From Geosiphon pyriformis uo1 (lineage: Eukaryota; Fungi; Glomeromycota), in assembly GCA_016748015.1 (NCBI GenBank), contig JAAOMT010000302.1:372001-436000 (forward strand): a stretch of DNA of 64,000 nucleotides, given 5' to 3'. This document shows positions 39,401 to 53,208 of the stretch, in pieces (positions within the stretch are counted from its first letter, which is position 1; each line of letters begins with the position of its first letter). The notes beneath the pieces are model-generated. The model searched no databases. It was not told the origin of the DNA and was given only the letters and a program-made list of their open reading frames with translations. A program made the position numbers and the translations under genes.

Positions 39401-39815
39401 TTGAATAAACTTTGAGATTAATAAGAAAATTTTAAATGTTTACCAATATTGTATTCCTCCTCATTCTCCAGAAATTTACTAATCATTGGGCTCCGCTTAG
39501 ATTTTCCTATAATTTCTAGAGCATTGCGCTGCCTTGAACTATCAAGGGGATTATCACTAGCCTAAGTGGGTTGAGTAAATGTATTCGAATTGGAAACTTA
39601 AGAAATCTCTTTGTAAAAAGTAAATTGCACTTACCCGAATTTTATAAATTCCTATTAAAGTCTCATCATTTATTGAAAAATCGTGGGCATCAAGCACGTT
39701 ATAGGCATCTTTAACTTCATTTTCTGTTAAGCTATCTAAAATGAGAAAATAAACCAATATTATGTTTCCACCGGTCCAAATTTAATGATCTTACTTGTTA
39801 CTAACCAAGCGGCAT
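36461..39815 (-). CDS. UBP2: Ubiquitin C-terminal hydrolase Ubp2-like (USP25/28 group), multi-exon
   Basis: Spliced: RPT-like repeat (DAYNVLDA..DETLIGIY..NALEIIG), PVGLNNIGNTCYLNSLLQ|YYFTI, GKQQDVT|ECMDNV, RVQFDR, HAVFIHS|GQANFGHYWIYIYD..YNDS, ANPYCMVYVR, ends VCRKRT*. GT-AG introns. Start codon uncertain. Confidence 0.9.
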
Positions 39816-40511
39816 TTCATGGGAGGAGTTATTGAAAGTATCGCCATTTTTCAACCCACTGGTTAATAAAGAAAAATTATTTTTCGAGGAGCGAGGAGGA
39901 AGACTGGGAGGGGTTGCTGAGTCTTTCATAGCATAAAATAAGAATATTTAGCTGAATTTTTAAGATATTCCTTAATAATAAATATGGACTCCTTGGTAGA
40001 GCATACCGTGAGGGATCGCCATATGTTTGTATTAGACTTTAAAATTCTTACAGAGAATGAGAAGTCTTCGATCTGACTTTCTAAGGGGGTGTGCACATGA
40101 ATGAGTTTACAGCACTACAAAAACACGGCCCGTTACATAAAAGTAAGCTTTGAATGATACCTTTAACATTGTAGGAACATATTGACGATATCCTATTAGG
40201 AGCTCAGAGGGTCGGTTGCACTTACCTATGCAGAGATTTCAAGTCTTGTGTCATACGGGTAGTGAGAGGGAAAGCATAAAAACCCTTTTTTCGTTTTCGC
40301 CTTAGAAATCTGGAAGGAAAAAAACTTTTAAAACTTACACTTATCCCTCTTTTAGGTCCGATCAATATTTTCAACACTATTTTAAACAGCTAGGTGACGC
40401 TTTTAACAAGTTTTTATGTTAGTAGAGATCATCTAGCATCAATGAGATTGATTACAGTGATATCAACTGTGTCAAATAATGCAAAGTTTCAAAAGACTGG
40501 TAAAATTCCTT

Positions 40512-41431
40512 CTACTTTTTGATGTAGACTATATTTTCCATTTCTTTAACAATACTCTCAATATTTGAATTAGGAGCTATAATACGAGTGAGTTTAATTT
40601 GCGAAAGTGAATTTGAGTCTCCATCCCATTCACTAAGAAAGGGTCGTATGATGAATATTGTTTGTTTGAATATTAATCCAAAGAAAGTTAAAAATTTTTT
40701 GAAATACCGTAAAATCTTTATATTTTTGGGATTCATCAAGTCAGGGATCTCTGATAAAATTCAACAAAAAAATTATACTATATATACGGATTTTGATTTA
40801 ATCATAATGACGATGAGAACTTGAAAAATTCACTTACCAAGCCCATTCTTAAATTCTGCCAGCTCCTTCTTTTTCAACGCCTCCAGCATATCCTCCCTAG
40901 CGGCTTTAGGCCGTTGTCCATTTCTGTGCAAGGATTTTAGTTGATCAAGCTCACAATCATTGCGCGATATGTACCTTGAGAAAGGGAAATTAATGTAAAA
41001 GATTCATTCCGACACAATTTTGGTGATTTTTAAATATTACATTTCAATCAGATCATAGATTTCGGATTTGGTTGCACATGGCAAAGATTCATCCAAGGCG
41101 TAACGAAACCACTGTATTCTCTCTACTGCAAGGCAAAAAGCAATTGAGTTTTTGAGCTTTAAAAAAATGAAAATTACGAGGATATGAGATACCTAAAGGT
41201 TGGGTTACATGTCTTATTTTTTTCTTTTGCAATCTCTCTGTTCTTAGAAAAACGCGTTGCAATTGAACTGCTTTGCGGGAAGAAGGGTAAATAATTTTGT
41301 CTGCCCGTTTTGTAAATTGTTTCATCGTATGTCTTTTATTGTTGGGCTGTGAAATAAAATAAGCAAAAAAAGTTGACCGTCGACAGTTGAAAAGAAGTCA
41401 TCCACTATGTAATTGCAGCCTGTTTTACCAT
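40512..41431 (-). CDS. TMA16: Translation machinery-associated protein 16 (60S biogenesis), 6 coding exons
   Basis: M|PNNKRH..IYPSSRKAVQLQR..|VERIQWFRYAL..LIEM|YISRNDCELDQL..REDMLE..EFKNGL|EIPDL..ILR|EWDGD..; first coding exon is ATG alone. Confidence 0.88.
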
Positions 41432-41700
41432 TTTCGAAAGAGATGAACAATTCAAATTTTTGGGATTTTTAAACATTGCACATGAGATCCATTTAAAGGT
41501 ATTTGTCATTCATGATACTAATTGATGGTTGGCTATTTGGTAATTTAAAGTCAGAACATTACAAAAAAAAAATCACTTTCAAAAAATACGCCTTAATAAC
41601 TCGATCATGCCTTTAGAAACCGCCGATTGTCAATTTTACATTCTTCCTCACTGATAGTTCACATAACTCTTGACTCTGAATTTTGCTTTGTTTTCTCAAG
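41432..41700. promoter_or_regulatory. Short bidirectional promoter between TMA16 and ISA1
   Basis: Divergent start codons 269 bp apart; ATTGG (CCAAT-like) variants; CpG retained. Confidence 0.55.
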
Positions 41701-42284
41701 ATGTCAGTTGCAACAGCGACCACAATAAGTTCCTTGGCTTCAAACATAGCAGCAAAACGACTGCGTCCAACAAGAGCTGCCATGACACTGGTTTGTGAAT
41801 CTTGTTAAGATCTTATAACTAAAATTGACTATACTCTAAAATTAACTATGGGTTGATTCATAAGACACCAAAAGCGGTGGAACGGCTTAGGAAACTGGTA
41901 CAAGGTCCTGATCCCAAGTTAATACGAGTGGCTGTCAAAAATAAGGGATGTGCAGGATTGTCATATGTTTTAGAGTATACAAAGGATAAGGGAAAGTTTG
42001 ATGAAGTAGTTCAACAAGAAGGTATGTTTATCCTTGCTCGTTTATCAACGAAGGAAAAAACAACTATTCCTGAACGCAAAAAACCCACCTTTTATATTTA
42101 TTAACTCACCCAATATTTATCTCGGAAACAATTAGATGTCACGGTTCTAATAGACTCAAAATCTCTATTCAAAATGCTTGGATCAGAAATGGATTATGTG
42201 GAGGATAAACTATCCTCCAAATTTGTCTTCAACAATCCAAACGCAAAGGAAAGTTGTGGATGTGGTGAAAGTTTTACTGTTTAG
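41701..42284 (+). CDS. ISA1: Iron-sulfur cluster assembly protein, A-type (IscA/Isa1), 131 aa
   Basis: Exons 41701-41790, 41865-42021, 42136-42284; motifs KGCAGLSY and FVFNNPNAKESCGCGESF. Confidence 0.95.
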
Positions 42285-42782
42285 CTATTGTTATATTTAG
42301 AATTTTTGCTCAGTAAATAACATACAATTCATTTAAATATTCGATTTACGATGACCTTTTACACTTTTTTATTTTTTTATTTATTAAATGATATTTATGT
42401 AGGATTTCGATGGGTAATGCTTGATCTTGTTTCCACAAAAGTTCTGTTTCCTGATTTTTCATTTTTCCACTCTATTACTCGTATTTTGAATTTCTGCATT
42501 ATAATATTCACTTCAATTTTGTTGGGGAAATTCATTTTCACTTTAGCTAAACTGAATATCATAATTTTCTGACTAATCAGTACAAAATTTTGCCAATTGT
42601 GAAAGACAGAAAATTTAAGATGATCCGACAAACGTTTTTAATAATTGAATTTACATGAACAAAAATTTTGCTTTGAGTATGGCAATTTACGATTAATACT
42701 CCCAGAAGGGTAATGTACAAGCTCGTTTTATTGTTAAACTTTAATATCTATAGTACATATTAAAATTATGTTCTATAGCTTC

Positions 42783-45700
42783 TTAAATCCAAGATAAAGT
42801 AAAACCATGATTGTTGTACAAAGAAATACCTAATTCCCGTATTGATAATATTCCCAATTCTTCTCTCCATTCAACGAACTCCTTTTCGATTAACTTACTT
42901 TCACCCGTATTGGCATCTCTATATACAATATCACCGCATCGATCTGCTCCATATATCACAATTTCATCCAGATAAGAGCCAGGCCCATCATATTGGAAGA
43001 CACCATCAACCGTTAATGAACTATTGTATACGCTCAAATTGATCAACGTATATTTTTCGTTGACCTTCTCATGAAGGGTTTCACCATCATCCAAGTAAAG
43101 CTCACCGTTAGCTACCCCCTCTCGATCTAATGCGATCAAGAAATGAAGACCACCATTCCGAGTTTCGAATGTTGTCAATCTAGCCTTGCAATGCATAGGT
43201 ATGATCAAGCCACCTTGGATATGAACAGGGATTACTTCCAATGGGGCATCGACAACTTTCCATTGCCCCTTATCTTCGTCTAAGAGTTTCGCACCAGACA
43301 GAAAATCGTACCATATTCCCCCAGGAAAATATCCTCTAACTTTGATTGCTCCTTCTTGAGTCACTGGTGTCACCAATAACCCCTTTCCAACCAAGAATTG
43401 TTGATCAATCGAATAAGTATCAGAAACTTCAGGTTCTAAGAACCAAAGAGGGGAGATGACAGGTGTGCCATGTATTGCCGCTTTGAAAAAACCCGTATAC
43501 CAATATGGTAATAATTTATATCGAATCTCCAACCAATATTTGGCCACGTGGGCAACCTTCTCCCAGTGATAAAACTCTTGACTCGGTAAATTGATTGCAT
43601 TGTGATTGCGACAAAAAGGATAAAAGCTACCCAACTGGGCCCATCGTATAGCTAATTCTTCCTCACAAGTTCCATAGAATCCACAGATATCAGCTCCGAC
43701 CAAGGGAATTGCAAAGAATTGGAACGCAAGAATTCCCGATATGGAATCTATTAGACTTTTCCAAGATGAATTATTATCACCTAACCAATGTGCTGCATAC
43801 TTTCCAGTACTTGGGAAAGTGGAGCGTGAAAGAATAAAGGGTCTTTTTTCAGGCTGAATAGATTGAAGTGCACGATTTGTAACCATGCTTTGCATAAGGC
43901 CAAATAAGTTATGTGCATCGTATTCAATAATACCAGAATGGTGAAAAGCGTCCATCGGAGAAGTACGAGTACATAAGGGTAATTCGTTTCCAAAATTATT
44001 GATAGCATAAGGAGGGTTGTTGACGGATAAAGATGCTAATTCTTTCGATTTCTTCGTGTTTGTTGTCGTGGATTGATGAACTTTATTTTTGGTAGTGTTA
44101 CATAACAATCGAGTGAAAACTTTATAAATGATTTCCTGTACTCGTCTTCCCATAGACTGATTGCTTGCTATACCAGTATCGATAAATCCCTCAATCTTTT
44201 TATCAGGAAATGGATTGTAATTTGGGTAGTTTGAATTATTATTACTAATATTATCCGTGACATCCCCATTTACAAAATTGGCAATTTCATTCATATCTGC
44301 ATATTGAATATTAAACTTGAGTTGCAGAAGTAAAATTTCAAATTTAAACTTACTCGAGAAATGATTAAAAATTACTGACCAAGCCAAATACCATCAATTG
44401 GAACCTCCTTGATCCACCTAGCAATGTGTTCTGTCCAATATTCTTGGATATTAGGGTGAAACCAGTCTGGAAACACAGTCAGTCCCGGCCAAACTCGGCC
44501 AACAAAGTTTTCACCGTCGGCTCTTTTGATAAGAAGACCTTTCTCCACACCATCATCATAGACCGAATAACCGTTTTCAACCTTGATTCCCGGATCCACA
44601 ATTAAAACTACTTTTTGATGTTTTTGGTGCATCTTTGTGATGAAGTCTGCAAGTTTCTTTGGTGGAAAGCGCGTTTGGCTGTAAGTAAAAATTTTAAATG
44701 AGTCCATATAGTCGATATCTATCCAAGCAACATCCATTGGAAGCTTTGCGTCTTCTTGTTGAGAGACCATCTTTTCCCATTGTTCAAGGGTATTATATCC
44801 CCAACGGCATTGATGAAACCCGAGAGACCTTTGGAAAATGTGGTTACTGACAAAATTAAATAAATCTGGAGAAAATCGCCCAGTCACAACGTAATATTAC
44901 CAATAAGGAATAAAATAAGGATATCCAATCATCTGGGCGTACTGCTCCACCACTGCTTGAGGCTTAGGACCAAGAAGGATGTAGAAATCTATTATACCCC
45001 CAATGATCTTATATGTGAGCTTGCCATTTTCGTAGCAAACATCCATGCCATTCGAATTTAAAAGAAACTAGGGTCGAGATTCAGAGTTAATTGAAATAAA
45101 GTACCTTTAAATAGTTAAATATATTTAAGAAATAGACGTTGAACTTAAACTTACAACGCCATGGGCTTTTCCTTCATTAATTTCAATATAGAAAGGGTGT
45201 GAACCGTACAAGTTTTCACCTTCCGGGCAAGGTGCGTCTACAGAATCAAGTAAATAGGGAAATAAAACAAATTATATGTTTAACGTAAGAAATTGATTCA
45301 CCTACCTCTATTCCATAGGGTCATACGTTGACCCTCTTTTCTTTTTAAAGGAGCAACAACTTCTCCGAATCCATATATATTGGATTGCGCTGGTAAGAGA
45401 GTGGAAATTTCGATGTACTGATCTTTGAAAACCAACTTTTGCCCAGTCGTATCGAAAATAGTTTGTCCGTCACTTTTACGCTTCACATAGAAGCTGAAAG
45501 GATTAGAAACATACCCAAACTCGTATTCATTTTGAGCTGGCTGGCTTTCGGAATTCTCCCATTCGTTAATTTTTATGAAAGACTCTGGTACACGCCACCG
45601 CTTAGCTGACTTTTCAGCATTTTCGCAGATAGAGATTCGAAGTCGGTGTGGTGCTTGATACTCAACAATTAATAAAAGTTCTTTTAGGTCGGGACCAAAA

Positions 45701-46166
45701 TTGGGTAAAGGGTCAATATGGTTCGTAGGAAGAACCAAATTGCCTTTTATTCCATTTTGCAATTTTACAACATCCTTTAATATATAGTTGGTTTGCTCAA
45801 ACATGTTTCCACTCTTAGGCGATAGTGGGAATTTGGAATCCAAATATCCTAAAATTATTGAAAAAACTAAGGTTTTTTCTAACGATAGAATTTAGAATAT
45901 TTTGTAGTATAAATAGTATAAGATCTACGAACACACAATCGCGGCCCAAGAGACGCTTGCCAGCAAACAAACAAACTAATAGCCCACAATTTAGTAGAAA
46001 TAACCCTATCCTGTATAACAAAAAGAAATGTATATATACGAGAATCTCTAACTTGTAGAAAAGGGTATCAAATCGATTAAATCAATAAATAAAGTAGTCA
46101 CGAAATAAAAAGGAATAAAAATATCAAAAGAAAACTTGAAAGCCAATTATTAAAATCTGCTTACAT
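42783..46166 (-). CDS. Glycoside hydrolase family 31 alpha-glucosidase (acid/maltase-glucoamylase-like), multi-exon
   Basis: NLYGSHPFY, GFHQCRWGY, WIDIDYMD, GIWL|DMNE (nucleophile), HNLFG, RPFILSRSTF, HWLGDN (acid/base), GADICGF, PFCRNHN. 42783-45848 is secure; the 5' exons to 46166 are a model. Confidence 0.93.
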
Positions 46167-47385
46167 TGTTTGAATTCCTCAGTCGACTTTAAAATCCGGA
46201 AAGGCCTTAATGATCTCAAAAGAATAATCTCTGATCAAGATTATTTCCAAGATACTGACCCTTTGGTTTTGATTCCATTAACTCATTAAATTATTAAGAA
46301 AAAGGTACTGCTTACAGCACAAGCAACAATCCAGACGTCTGAAGCTAAAACGCAATATTGGAAGAATATCCGTGGGAATCCTAATGATTCTGATGGTAGC
46401 AAGTGATTTGCCATCCAACCAAAAGAACACCACGTGTACAGAAAGTTAGTTGCGTCTTGTTAGACTTACTCGAACAAGACTTTCAGATTATAGAAACACT
46501 CCGCAATACTACAAAGACAGAAATCATTAATCCAAGATTGGTAGTGTTTGAAGATAAAACACCTGAATCTACCAAGAAATATTATTTAAAACACCATGTT
46601 CTGTACTGTAATTAATATAATACTTAATTGTTATCTTTAAATTATATAAATTCAATTAATTGTAATGTTTATTTGTCAAATTTACAATTTTATTTTTAAT
46701 AATATTTAATTTTTATATAAACTTAATTAATTACAATTTATGTAATATTTAATTGTTACATTTTCAATTTTAATATTTTGTTTTACTTATAATAAAATTA
46801 TAAATTTATACTAAATTTTTTTTGAAATTTTGAAATTTTGAAATTTATTAAAGTGTTATTTTTTATTATATCACATTTTTTATTTTATTTTATTTTATTA
46901 AAGTTACATAATTTTTTGTTTTAATTATAAATAAATAAATAAATAAATTTTTAAAAATTATTTTTGTTTTAAACCTATTTATTTTGCTTTTTATTTTATA
47001 ATTATTTTTATTAATAAATAATTATTTTAAATAAATTTAAATTATTTTTATATTTATATAGATAAAATTTTTAAGTTGATTTGGTTTAAAACATATATAA
47101 AAAAGTTTAAAAAACATTTTTTTATTGTTTAATTCAAGTATAATAATATTATAAATATAAATTATATAGTTTTAATATATAACCAGCTATTAAACTTATG
47201 TTAAAACAATATTGTATTATACCAACTAATTTATTTATTTTATTAACAATTTTTTATATATGTATTATTATAAATAATATGTTAGAATATATTTTTATTT
47301 TATTATAAAGATTAAAAAATCTTAAATATTTTAAAATAAGTAGATTAATATTTAATAAATACAATTTTTTCAAATTAGTTTATAG

Positions 47386-48087
47386 TATTATGATTGAAAC
47401 TCATACTTTTTATTAGTTATTACATGTATTAATTACTAATATCATATAATTAGCCATCATATTTTTAGATAATAATTATTGACTTGATTAATAACTTAAT
47501 TGTTAATCTGATTATTAACTTGATTATTGATCTAGTTGTTAATCTAGTTATTAACTATTTTTAATAACTATATAAACAATAAATTTCTTAGCTATAGAAA
47601 AACATTTAAGAATTAAAAAAAATAAAATAATAAAATAATAACTTTATTTTAATCCTTCTCTTCTTACTAATTTCTTTTTTTTTATCTTCAAATATTTGAA
47701 TATTTTGGAATAAAAAATTACTTGTTGGCATTTACCTACTCTTTTTTTGACTTATATAATTGTAGCATTTAAAAATTATTGAATAAAACATAACTAAAAA
47801 GTATATCTAATATCTGATATTGAATTCTAAGAACACCAACATAAAACATAGAATTATATCAGTGTATTATTATTTGTTAACCATATAAACTATCTCTCTA
47901 CTTTCAAATTTTTTGGTTTTTTTTTGAAAAGAATAGTAATTAAGATATTTTATGAAACTGATTTTGTATATTGAATTCATATTCATTCAATTTACTTCTT
48001 GAAATTGAAATTTTTTTGATTAATTTTATTACTCTACAATTCTGTTTTCTCTTGTTAACTATTAGTTTATTACTCCAATCTATAATA
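47386..48087 (+). mobile_element. Solo LTR (family C)
   Basis: Inverted homologue of 14991-15693; perfect ATAG TSD; TATATAAAC at ~47569. Confidence 0.88.
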
Positions 48088-51000
48088 ATAGTTACAATTT
48101 ACTAAGTTTATTTATATAAATTTTTTGTTTTTTTACAATTTTATTTTATTTTTGCAATAAATATTATTATTTAAATAAAAAATAGCAAAAAATAATAAAA
48201 TTATTAATTAATTAAATTATTAAAATTATAATACTATAACAAAAATTTTAAAAAATTATTAAAAAATAATTAAAAAATAATTAAAAATTCCAAAATATTT
48301 TGTATTACTAAAAATAAAAAGTAATAAATTCTCTTTTTTTTGTCAATTTTCTGATTATAATAAAAGCAAAAAATAATTTTAAAGAAATTGCTTTTTTTTT
48401 TCTTTTTTACTTAGTTTTTTTTAATTATTTTTTTTAATACTCCTTTTTTTGCTATAATAAAACTGGTGGGTTTGTTTGTTGGTAGTTTTGGTTCTGATTT
48501 GGCTGGTTTGAAAACTCATCCTAATACTAAAAAAAAGTGCACAGAGAGTGTTTATTTTTATAATGTGTTATATAAAAAGCTGAAAAAATTTAAAGCTAAT
48601 GATAGTATGATTGAATTATTTATTGAATTCTTAAGTCTTAAAGATCTTAGTATTGCTGATAAAAAGTTTGTGATGTCCTAAGGTAATAAGATTGAAAGCA
48701 AAGCTAGTAGTATTAGTAGCTTATTAAATATTGAAAACATAAAAAACATAATTGCCAAAAAGACAAACTATGTAGACTTAAATAATTCAGTAGTCAACAA
48801 AAACATAAATAATATTATATCACAGAAAACCTGTATTTGAATGTATGTTTTGGGTCATTTGCCAAAAGTTTTCTTTTTTATTGGTTTAAGCAATGATGAT
48901 AATGTCTTGATGTTTCTATTACTTAAGTTTAATAATTCTAAACAATTTCTAGTACTTGAGTCACATATCTTAGAAATATGGAGTTTTAATTTGGCTAAGT
49001 TTTTTATATTAGATATTAAACTTTCTACAATGCTTAAGAAGACCTCTAATAATAAATTGTTAAATATAAAAAAAATTTTCTATTGTGTAAATAGTTTTGG
49101 AAAAACTTTTATTTTCTTAAAATTTTCAGAAATTGTCAGATTTTTTTTTACATCCGAGTTGAGTTTGAATAAGACTAGGAAGATAACAATTAATAAAAAA
49201 ATTTTAGTCAATAATAATGTAAGAAAAACAAACAACCATACAAATTAGGAAATAATTGTTAAGGAGATTCCTGTTGATCTTTCCAAATCAGTAATAGAGT
49301 CAGTTTTTTTTAAATTTGGTAAAATTGTTTTAATTAAACTGCAACTTATTGGTCTTTGACAAAAGACTCTTGTGGAGTTTGAGTTAATAAATGTTGTAAG
49401 TATAATTGTATCTAAATAATCAGTTCTTATGGGAAAAAATTTTATGCATATAGCATTGGCTATTAATGATAAGCAATTGTGAATGTTAAGAGATTAGCAT
49501 TAAACTTTATTATATATTTTGCCAGTGAATATTACTGCTCATGATTTGTCAGGTTTGTTGGAATTGTATGATGAGAAAACTTACTTTATTAGTCACAATT
49601 CAGATTTGTATGTGTGTAATAAATGTACTATAATTTGTTTTATTAATAAGACTTTTAAATTGTTTGCTATTGGTTCTGTGCTAGTTTTTAAGAATATAAG
49701 TTTATGTTAGACTGGTCTTTTTTTGATTTGTTGTGCTTAATATAAACAGTTTAAGCATATTTTTAATATGTGTTCAAAGAGTAGAAATTCTGATAATTGT
49801 GGTAAGTATATAATGACTTCTCAAAACCAAACTTACTTAGCCAACATGTATAAAAAGAAGTAAGTACTAATTGCTCACTCAGTTTTTTTTGGTGGTAAAA
49901 CATGGACTTAAGTTGCTAGTGGTTCCATCTCTTATATAATGTTTTTGGTTCTTTTTGTTATTAGTATATCTTTAAATGTGATGTTCTTTTTACCAGCTTT
50001 TGCTTCTTATAACAATTCTTTTTTGAATGATTGTTTGGCTTTTTTGGAGCAATCTTTAAAGCTTTTAGCAGATTAAGTATTTAATATTATAAAAAAATTA
50101 AGCTTTGTGGATTTGATGCTCCTGATATTTGTCTTCTATGTTTTTTTTTGTTTCTGCTCTTTTGAATTTGAATTTGGATTTGAATATAACTTTGGAAGAC
50201 CCAGTAATATTATTTGTTTTTTTTTTCCATAGTTAAAGATGTGGCCTTAAATTTTAGCTTGAGTAGTTTAAGAATTCTGACAACTAAAATGAGTGGTTTA
50301 GAATCAAAAATGATGGCTCTGAAAGTGTTAATTAATTTAGTTTTGGCAAGATTGGATTGGTTGTGCTTTGGTTTGAGCTTTTTAGTTCTTTTTTTATCTT
50401 AATAACTGATTTAACTTGAAAGTTTGCTACTTGTAATATTCAGAATATCAATGTTTCTGCAAAACAGAAAAACATTGTTTGTTGGCACAAAGAATCAGAT
50501 AACATGGTTTCTATTATTATTGAGCCAAAATTGAGATCTAACATTAGGCCATAGATTATAAATAAGTTAGATAAAATTTGAATTTTTACTTTTGATTTGA
50601 ATATGAGTTTTTTTAGTGCTAAGATTATCATAATCATAAACAATTTTTTAGCTTGACATGTGTCTAAAGTAAAAAAAATTTCTGGTCAGATTATTTCAAT
50701 AAAGCTTTTGTTTAAAAGAAAATTATTAGTTATAATTTTAGGCTTGTATGTTGGTGTTTCTATTGATATAAAATTTAGTCAGATATTAGTCATTAATTTT
50801 TTTATTGTCAAGATAATCAATTTCAGTACTTTTGTGGTTTTAGGTGAAAATTTCAATAAAAATAGATCTGAAAGAAATACAAGTTTTAAGTTTTGTTTAG
50901 ATTTGAACTTGATCAATTTATTTGGTAGGCATTTTTTGGTTAAAACTGTGATTTGAAGCAATTCAAGAAATGTTGAAAAGATTATAGACTATTTTTTTGT

Positions 51001-53208
51001 TAATAAAAGCTTGTTATTAGTGGTTGCTAATTATGGAGTTGATTCTGTATTTACATTTTTTGAAACTAATTACAAGACTGTTATGATATCAATTAGTTTG
51101 GATGGACTCTTGAATATTTACTTAAATAGTTTATGCAAACAGGCTAATAAAGATTGTTGGAAATTCAAAATCAAAGATGCTAATAGTGCCAAGTAGATAC
51201 AATTTAAGGATTGCTTTTCTGCCAAGCTTTTAGCAATGGAAATGAATTTTTAAATGCTAAAACTTAAAGTAATTTGGATGCTATATAATTGCTGTTAGAA
51301 AAAGTGATAATAGAATCAGCTAATAAAATATTTCTAAGATATTGGTTCAGTAAATTTTAGTGTTTAAGAAACAGACAGTTTTTTAAGTTTTTTGGGTTAG
51401 AGTTATTGGTTACCAAAATTGTTAAGATATTGTGCTCAAATAACATGCTTGGAGTTAATTATCTTGTGAGGAAATAATTAATTTTAGATAGTAATAAAGC
51501 TTGCATGATTGCAAACATAATTTGTGTTAGTAGAAAGTCAATAAATATTTTCAAACAGTTGTTATCAGTTCATAAAAACTACAGAAGATCTAAAATGTAC
51601 AAATTAAAATTGGCTAAGAAAGCATCTATCTAGAAGACTATTGAAAAATACATGGAAAATTTTAGTTTTGATAAAAGTGATATAATTAGGAACATTTTGG
51701 ATTAGCTTTTTTGCAAAGTGGTTCTTAATCATTTAATGGTGGATAATAAGTTGGTTCTGAAATCAGAGGAAGTAAAGTTCAGTGTCAATAAAATAATAAA
51801 GGGTTGAACAAAAAAATGAACTGTGTCTATGACATTGTCTAATCTTTGGACTTATCAATATGTACAATTAAATTACATAAGAGATAATGTTTTTTCTGGT
51901 GTCATAAAAGAGATCAGTATAAGAGAATTGCTTTTGGTAATTAATGGTCTGTCTGATGGCAAGGCTGCTAGCTTGTTAGATATTCCTAACAAACTTTGGA
52001 AGCATAATAGTAATAAGATATTGAGATGTTTTTTAAATTTGGTGAATGTATATTTATTTGTTAGTAATATATCTGCTTTGTAAAAGAGGATGTAAATTTC
52101 AATAATTCCTAAATTTTATGAGTAGAATAGAGTTTTTATGAACATTTGATCTATCACTTTGATCAAAACTGCCAAAAAAGTTTTTTTTAAGATTCTATCT
52201 AATCAAATTTTATTTGTATATAGCAAGTTTGGTGTTCTTTAAAGTAATAATTTTTCAGTATTGAAAAGTATATCTACTCAGTCTCTAGTATTTGCTATTG
52301 GATCAATAGTTAAGGATGTTCTTGAAAAGAATAGAGAATTTTGGTTGGTCTTATAGAATATATGTAAAACATATGACTTAATTGGTTGGCACTACTTGAG
52401 GATTAACTTGCAGCAGATAAAAATATGTGATAGATTTATCAGATTTTTTGGCAACATACATGAAAATAAGGTCAATAGAATGATAACAGATTTTGGTTTT
52501 TTAAATAACTATAGGGTGCATAATAGATTGGATTAAAGTAAGGTCTTCTTATCCCTTCTTTGAAGAATTTTTTACAATTTACTTTTGTGCAAGATTAAAA
52601 GACATAAATATTTGTGTGAGTACTGGATTAATACTAAGTTTGTGGCAAAAACTGGCAGAATTGAAGATAGCAGTGGAATGTTTTTCTTTTTTGCTGCTGA
52701 TGTATTTGTTAATAACACAATTTGAGTTGAAAATAGTCAGATTTCTATTCAGTATGCTTTGAACATTGCCAGTGAGTTTTTTTTTAATCAATAATATTTC
52801 TATTAACAATAAAAAAACAGTGGCTATTCTTATCAATCAGAGTATTAGAGTTGCTTCTTTGACTATTATTAGTCAGCCAATTTTGATTGCCAAAAAAAGT
52901 AAAATGCATAGATATTTAAAAATCTTTTTATTGACTAAGAGATTGTTTAAGTCAAGTGTAGCCAAAATTCATTTTGATATTTGTTTTTTTGTTAATGTAG
53001 TGCTTAAGAAGACTATTACAAATAAACAGTTCTTATATTTAGTGTTAGCTGTTTTGCAGTTTATAGTTAGCTATCAAATTCAGTTTAGTTTTGTCTCATT
53101 AGATATGTATTACAAATGGAATGTTATAATTAGGAAGAGCTTCAAGTTTAAAGTCTGTTTGCCCTATAATTTTTTCAGTGAAGCTTTACATCATTCTTTT
53201 TTGTATGG

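Noticed and set aside
44298-44387. MAWSVIFNHF... as the start of a separate 534-aa protein
   Set aside because: Mostly the intron splitting WL|DMNE of the GH31 gene.
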